A stretch of DNA of 50,199 nt from Candidatus Saccharimonadota bacterium (GTDB lineage: Bacteria > Patescibacteriota > Saccharimonadia > Saccharimonadales > JAGPDM01), in assembly GCA_018057585.1 (NCBI GenBank), contig JAGPDM010000001.1, positions 1-50,199 of the forward strand. The letters are read 5' to 3'. Both the position numbers and the translations under genes were made by a program. How positions within the stretch are numbered: the stretch's first letter is position 1; every line of letters begins with the position of its first letter. Below, in pieces: positions 43,461-50,199 of this stretch. The notes under the pieces are model-generated. The model did not search any database. It was not told the DNA's origin and worked only from the letters and a program-made list of their open reading frames with translations.

Positions 43461-45096
43461 CTGTGTCTGCTTTTTCTGAAAAGAGGTAGCTTCGTCTTAA
43501 TTGAACCAGCTCATTCTTAGCTCGACGGCTGTTCATGAAATAATAAAGGCAGGCTAGTGAGACGAGGAACAGAATTGACAGCACGAGTCGAGAGCTTGCT
43601 ACTGGGAGTTTCTGCATACTCTGTTCAACCAACTTAACATTGCCACAATCAATTTTTTGATTAGATTCATTTCCGTAGCTTATAGAAATTATACAGTCAT
43701 TGTATCTTGGGTCTGAGTTAGGTTGTGGTGATGAATTCGCATTAATGTTAACCTGAAGTTCAAAAGTCTTTTGCACATGCTCTCCGGCCCTTATATTGAA
43801 CGCTGGCCACAGTAGCATATCATCTGATAATACACCGCCGTTCGGTTTGGTTAGTGTTGCATATTGCAATGCATCGCTTAAGACTAGGCCTGGTATGTAT
43901 TTGTTTTTAAAATCTTGCTGGCTGTCATTGTTTATGTCTACTGTATAAAGCAGCCTATCACCAGGTTCGCCAATATGCTCGCTGTTAAGCTTAGGTTCTG
44001 TGTTTTGAGTTAGATTTTTCACACGTATAGACGTCTCCAACCCAAAGCTTGGTATGAGCGTTTTGTCAGTAGGCGGAGGTTGCAGGAGGCTTTCAGCATT
44101 TACTCTAGGCTGTTCTTGTGCCGATGTAGTTTTGTAGCAGTCAGTTTTTGTCTGGCTAGCAGCATCTATCGCACTAAATGTAGATACTATGCATAGTTCC
44201 TCACTATCTGCCTTATCTGGGTCGAGGCTCATCACTAAGTCGAAATACTGGTTAGCATTAGGGTTAAGCTTCTGCCAACTAAAATCTGTGCGTCCATTGT
44301 TGGTAGTAGATGTTCTTACAGGATAGGCAGCTTCGAGTTTTATGCTGTCTGGCAGTTTAATACTGATTTTAGGCCCATTAATCGGTTTATCTGCTTCGCT
44401 AGACACAAAGACTCTGTAATTTATCTTTTTAGTATTAAGTTCAGGTTGGATGGGTGTGCCATGGTCGTCAACCAGGCTAGTGAGTAGGTTTATTCTTCTC
44501 GAGTTATCTTTGAAGACTATATTACCTGATCCATAAAGCACGTAGATGTCGCTTTTTATCCTCAAAGATTTCTGGTACTTTAGGCCATTGTCCTTAAATA
44601 GCTTATCCAGATCTGTATAGTAGTAGCCAGATAATGACCTTGTCTGCATCGGGTGTCCAGATTTACGTCCCAATATCTTTAATTCCTTTGTTTCTTCACA
44701 GCCTCGAGTGCATATTTTTCTTTCTGATGAATTTTCAATATCTGACCGGTCTACGCCGAAAGATGCAAACACATTCTGTATGTCTGATTCCTGACCACCA
44801 CCTGGATTTTGGTTATTATCCCAAACTTGAAGCAATATCCTCTTTGCAGTATTCTCTGAGCCTGTTAAGCCGCCATAAATTAAATCATTGTCACTAGCTG
44901 CAACCGAGCTCTGGATTGGAGAGGTGTATAAGTAGACATTAAGTCCCAGTAGCAGTAGGGAAAGAGCCAAAGTAATTGATCGTAATCTATGGTGCTTTGC
45001 ATACAGCTTTATCTGCCGAGGCAGCATATCTAAGAGAGATGGGCTGTAACTCATTTTACTCACAAGTTCTTTGTAGGATGTTTTCATAAGTTTCAA
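43450..45096 (-). CDS. Bitopic surface protein with a DUF11-like repeat region
   Basis: 548 aa with TM helices near both termini. The extracytoplasmic region contains GDRLLYTVDINNDSQQDF, which is DUF11-like. Confidence 0.7.
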   Translation of the reverse strand: MKLMKTSYKELVSKMSYSPSLLDMLPRQIKLYAKHHRLRSITLALSLLLLGLNVYLYTSPIQSSVAASDNDLIYGGLTGSENTAKRILLQVWDNNQNPGGGQESDIQNVFASFGVDRSDIENSSERKICTRGCEETKELKILGRKSGHPMQTRSLSGYYYTDLDKLFKDNGLKYQKSLRIKSDIYVLYGSGNIVFKDNSRRINLLTSLVDDHGTPIQPELNTKKINYRVFVSSEADKPINGPKISIKLPDSIKLEAAYPVRTSTTNNGRTDFSWQKLNPNANQYFDLVMSLDPDKADSEELCIVSTFSAIDAASQTKTDCYKTTSAQEQPRVNAESLLQPPPTDKTLIPSFGLETSIRVKNLTQNTEPKLNSEHIGEPGDRLLYTVDINNDSQQDFKNKYIPGLVLSDALQYATLTKPNGGVLSDDMLLWPAFNIRAGEHVQKTFELQVNINANSSPQPNSDPRYNDCIISISYGNESNQKIDCGNVKLVEQSMQKLPVASSRLVLSILFLVSLACLYYFMNSRRAKNELVQLRRSYLFSEKADTDER

Positions 45097-45151
45097 TTTT
45101 TCGTATAAACTATGTGTTCATTTAACCACAGCGGTTACACTACAACAAGAC

Positions 45152-45180
45152 TTGCAATCGACTGTCATCAAGTCTATAAT
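45152..45180 (+). promoter_or_regulatory. gyrB promoter
   Basis: TTGCAA (45152-45157), a 17-nt spacer, then TATAAT (45175-45180). GGAGGG RBS 9 nt before the GTG at 45254. Confidence 0.55.
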
Positions 45181-45247
45181 TTTAATAAGCAAATTAAGAG
45201 AGGTGGACTCTGCTAGAATTAGTGGAGTCAATTTACTTGGAGGGTAG

Positions 45248-47272
<2,025 letters not shown>

Positions 47273-47280
47273 AGGTAATT

Positions 47281-49902
47281 ATGGCTGAAAACGAAGAAAA
47301 CAATTTAGAAGAAACAACTCAAGACCAAGAAGAAGTTAATGTTGAACATGTTCATGTTGATGATATGGTGGTTCTTGAAGATGACAAAGCAAAATCAGTT
47401 AAACCGCGAACCATTGAAGACGAGATGGAGGAGAGTTATCTTCAATACTCCATGAGCGTGATTGTCTCGAGAGCACTTCCAGATGTTAGAGATGGTCTAA
47501 AACCGGTCCAGAGAAGGATCCTATACGTAATGGGCTTGAGTGGGCTACGCTCAACGGCTAAGTTCCGCAAATCAGCGACAGTAGTCGGTGACGTTATGGG
47601 TAGTTATCACCCCCATGGTGACTCTTCAATCTACGACACCATGGTTCGTATGGCTCAAGACTTCTCGATGCGCTACATGTTAGTTGACGGCCAGGGTAAC
47701 TTCGGTTCAATGGATGGTGATCCTCCAGCCGCCTATAGGTATACAGAGGCCAGAATGACCAAGGAAGCAGAGCAGATGCTTGTCGATATCGACAAGGAAA
47801 CAGTCGATTTCCGACCAAACTTTGACGATTCCAAGCAAGAACCATCTGTTCTACCAGCAAAACTGCCGAACCTTCTACTTAACGGTCAGGTTGGTATCGC
47901 AGTTGGTATGGCTACAAATATCCCGCCACACAACTTGAATGAGTTACTTGATGCCACTATCGAGATTATAGATAATCCAGAAGCAACAATTGATGACCTT
48001 CTAAAGCACGTAAAAGGTCCCGACTTCCCAACGGGGGGTATTGTCTATGGTAAAGAATCAATCAGAACAGCCTATGTTAGCGGTAGGGGTGGAATTATTA
48101 TCAGAGCTGTTGCCGAAATTGAAGAAAAACCGGGTAAAAAGGGCGGTCATAGGATCGTTGTTACTGAGATACCTTATGCTCAGAACAAAGCTACACTTGT
48201 AGAGAAAATTGCTGATCTAGTCAGGAATAAGAAAATCACAGGCGTTAGCGACCTTAGAGACGAAACTGCCAGAGGTAAGGTCAAGATTGTCATAGATCTA
48301 AAGAAAGATGCTTATCCTAAGAAGATTCTTAATCAACTATATAAACTTACTCCACTGCAGACAAGCCTGCACTACAATATGTTGGCATTGATTGACGGCA
48401 TTCAGCCTAGAGTCCTAGGGCTAGAAGCTATTCTGAAAGAGTACCTAAAGCACCGAAAGAATATTGTTCGCAGACGTACAGAGTACGAGCTTAGAAAGGC
48501 CGAAGCCCGTAAGCATATACTCGATGGATTAAAGATTGCTCTCGATAATATCGATGAGATTATTGCAACGATTAGAGCAAGTAAAACTACTGAAGAAGCT
48601 CAGAAGAATCTGATCAAAAAATTCAAACTCTCAGAACTACAGGCCAAAGCTATTCTGGCAATGCAATTACGCTCACTTGCTGGTCTTGAAAGGCAGAAGA
48701 TCGAGGACGAACTAGCCGAACTACTAACTCTAATTACAGAGCTAAAGAGAATACTAAGCGATGAGAAGTATATACTTGAAATAATTCGTGAGGAATTAGT
48801 AGAACTTAAAGAAAAGTTTGGTGATGAGCGAAGAACTCAGATAATTCCATACGAACTTGGTAAATTTAGTGAAGAAGAACTGATACCGAATGAACAGGTC
48901 GTTGTTACAATTACATCAAGTAATTATATCAAACGATCCAAAGCTGAAGACTATAAGAAGCAAAATCGAGGCGGCAAAGGCAGGCGGGGTATGACCACTA
49001 AGGATGAAGATCTTATAGAACATCTTATCTTGGCAAATACTCATGACTACCTATTGTTTTTTACTAATAAAGGCAGACTATTCAGGCTCAAGGCTTACGA
49101 AGTGCCGCAGGCTGGACTTATAGCCAAAGGGCAGGCAATCGTTAATCTATTGCAATTACAACCAGAAGAACGAGTCAACTCAGTTGTTAACCTGAATCAA
49201 CAAGGCACAGATGGCTATATGTTTATGTGTACCAAGAAAGGCATAGTCAAGAAAACAGCTATAGGCGACTACAAGAACGTCCGACAAAGTGGCTTGATTG
49301 CTATAAGACTAGATGAAGATGATGAACTTAAGTGGATAATGGTTAGTGGCGGTGAAGACGATATCGTCATCGTAACCCAAAAGGGTCAAGCGATTCGATT
49401 CGCTGAGAAGGATGTGCGTCCTATGGGCAGGGTAGCCAGGGGGGTTAGAGGTATCAGGCTAAGGGCTGGTGACGCTGTTATCGGTGCTGGCGTAGCTAAG
49501 CCGGACTCAAATATCTTTGTTATTAGCGACCATGGCTACGGTAAACGAACTAAAGTGTCACAGTTCACACTTCACAGACGAGGCGGCGTTGGTATCAGAG
49601 CAGCTATTGTAAACAAGAAAACCGGTGATTTGATCGCTATGCGTTCATTGCGAGACGTTGCCGACGAGATAATCATTATTTCCGAAAAAGGCCAGACTAT
49701 CCGAACTGAACTTAAGCAGATATCCGAAATTAGTCGTACAACCCAGGGTGTTCGAATTATGAAGCTTAACGCATCAGACATGGTAGCTTCGGTTGCTCTA
49801 GTTGTGAAAACACCAGGTGAAGACGGAATTGACGATGATCAAGACGGCGAAGACGACGATCAAGCTTCAGAGAAATCTGAAAATTCTACAGATAAAAAAT
49901 AA
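47281..49902 (+). CDS. gyrA: DNA gyrase subunit A
   Basis: [30 protein letters not shown], the catalytic Tyr context [10 protein letters not shown], a GyrA-box-like [10 protein letters not shown], beta-pinwheel repeats and acidic termini. Confidence 0.97.
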   Translation: MAENEENNLEETTQDQEEVNVEHVHVDDMVVLEDDKAKSVKPRTIEDEMEESYLQYSMSVIVSRALPDVRDGLKPVQRRILYVMGLSGLRSTAKFRKSATVVGDVMGSYHPHGDSSIYDTMVRMAQDFSMRYMLVDGQGNFGSMDGDPPAAYRYTEARMTKEAEQMLVDIDKETVDFRPNFDDSKQEPSVLPAKLPNLLLNGQVGIAVGMATNIPPHNLNELLDATIEIIDNPEATIDDLLKHVKGPDFPTGGIVYGKESIRTAYVSGRGGIIIRAVAEIEEKPGKKGGHRIVVTEIPYAQNKATLVEKIADLVRNKKITGVSDLRDETARGKVKIVIDLKKDAYPKKILNQLYKLTPLQTSLHYNMLALIDGIQPRVLGLEAILKEYLKHRKNIVRRRTEYELRKAEARKHILDGLKIALDNIDEIIATIRASKTTEEAQKNLIKKFKLSELQAKAILAMQLRSLAGLERQKIEDELAELLTLITELKRILSDEKYILEIIREELVELKEKFGDERRTQIIPYELGKFSEEELIPNEQVVVTITSSNYIKRSKAEDYKKQNRGGKGRRGMTTKDEDLIEHLILANTHDYLLFFTNKGRLFRLKAYEVPQAGLIAKGQAIVNLLQLQPEERVNSVVNLNQQGTDGYMFMCTKKGIVKKTAIGDYKNVRQSGLIAIRLDEDDELKWIMVSGGEDDIVIVTQKGQAIRFAEKDVRPMGRVARGVRGIRLRAGDAVIGAGVAKPDSNIFVISDHGYGKRTKVSQFTLHRRGGVGIRAAIVNKKTGDLIAMRSLRDVADEIIIISEKGQTIRTELKQISEISRTTQGVRIMKLNASDMVASVALVVKTPGEDGIDDDQDGEDDDQASEKSENSTDKK

Positions 49903-50199
49903 ATAATCTCATTGTTATTTATACATCAATATTGGTCCAAAATAATTATACTGACCCCTGTTATGAATAAGTTTTTTACCCATTAAAGTATTTTTTTGAT
50001 AGCTCAAATATAACGATAAACATAAAAAAGTAAATTCTATACTTGACGTAGGTGACAGAGTTTCGTATTCTGTATCTTACGTCTCTGATGGATTAACAGG
50101 AGTGAACATTAAAAATTTAGCAGTGCAGCGTCACGTCAATTAACTTTGATGTAACAAAAAATAGAGTCACAAATTACTTCGGTAATACAGTTCAACTTT

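Noticed and set aside
43594-43608. LPVAS followed by a hydrophobic helix and basic residues in the 548-aa surface protein, as a possible sortase (LPXTG-like) sorting signal
   Set aside because: The motif departs from LPXTG at the last two positions. A 28-aa charged tail follows the helix, much longer than typical sorting signals. No sortase is in the window. A plain C-terminal membrane anchor is the simpler reading.

Overview
The window is a gene-dense, mostly plus-strand chromosomal segment that uses the standard genetic code (TGA acts as a stop at 7703-7705 and 31123-31125). Its content looks like a reduced, monoderm-type genome. By inference it fits Patescibacteria/CPR, possibly Saccharibacteria: many translationally coupled junctions, MurT/GatD, a secretin-less type IV pilus and few metabolic genes. 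Housekeeping genes recognisable from the translations are rpsF-ssb-rpsR, efp, tlyA, ychF, a Xer recombinase, uppP, ndk, rplY, thrS, miaA, murT-gatD, rpmB, rnhA, infC-rpmI-rplT, comM/yifB and gyrB-gyrA. There are two tRNAs, Asp-GTC and Val-GAC. A 14-gene type IV pilus locus spans 6665-17561 (pilMNO, pilB, pilT, pilC, pilA, pilD, four minor pilins). A coupled pair precedes it: a coiled-coil membrane protein and an 832-aa Cys-rich secreted protein. I found no CRISPR array, rRNA, transposase or prophage. The main leads are: (1) a stand-alone VirD4/TraD/FtsK-HerA-like 1012-aa membrane ATPase operon at 39199-43062, with two small partner genes and convergent surface-protein genes but no other secretion or conjugation parts; (2) the 1.4-kb ORF-free, partly about 20% G+C region upstream of it (37816-39198), which holds hairpins, a possible sRNA and one perfect DnaA box; (3) an alkyltransferase-like (PWHRV)-MiaA fusion; (4) a terminator-containing thrS leader; (5) an ATA start for infC; (6) a 177-codon frame split by an in-frame TAA next to tRNA-Asp. 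All functional calls rest on motif recognition by eye; no searches were run.
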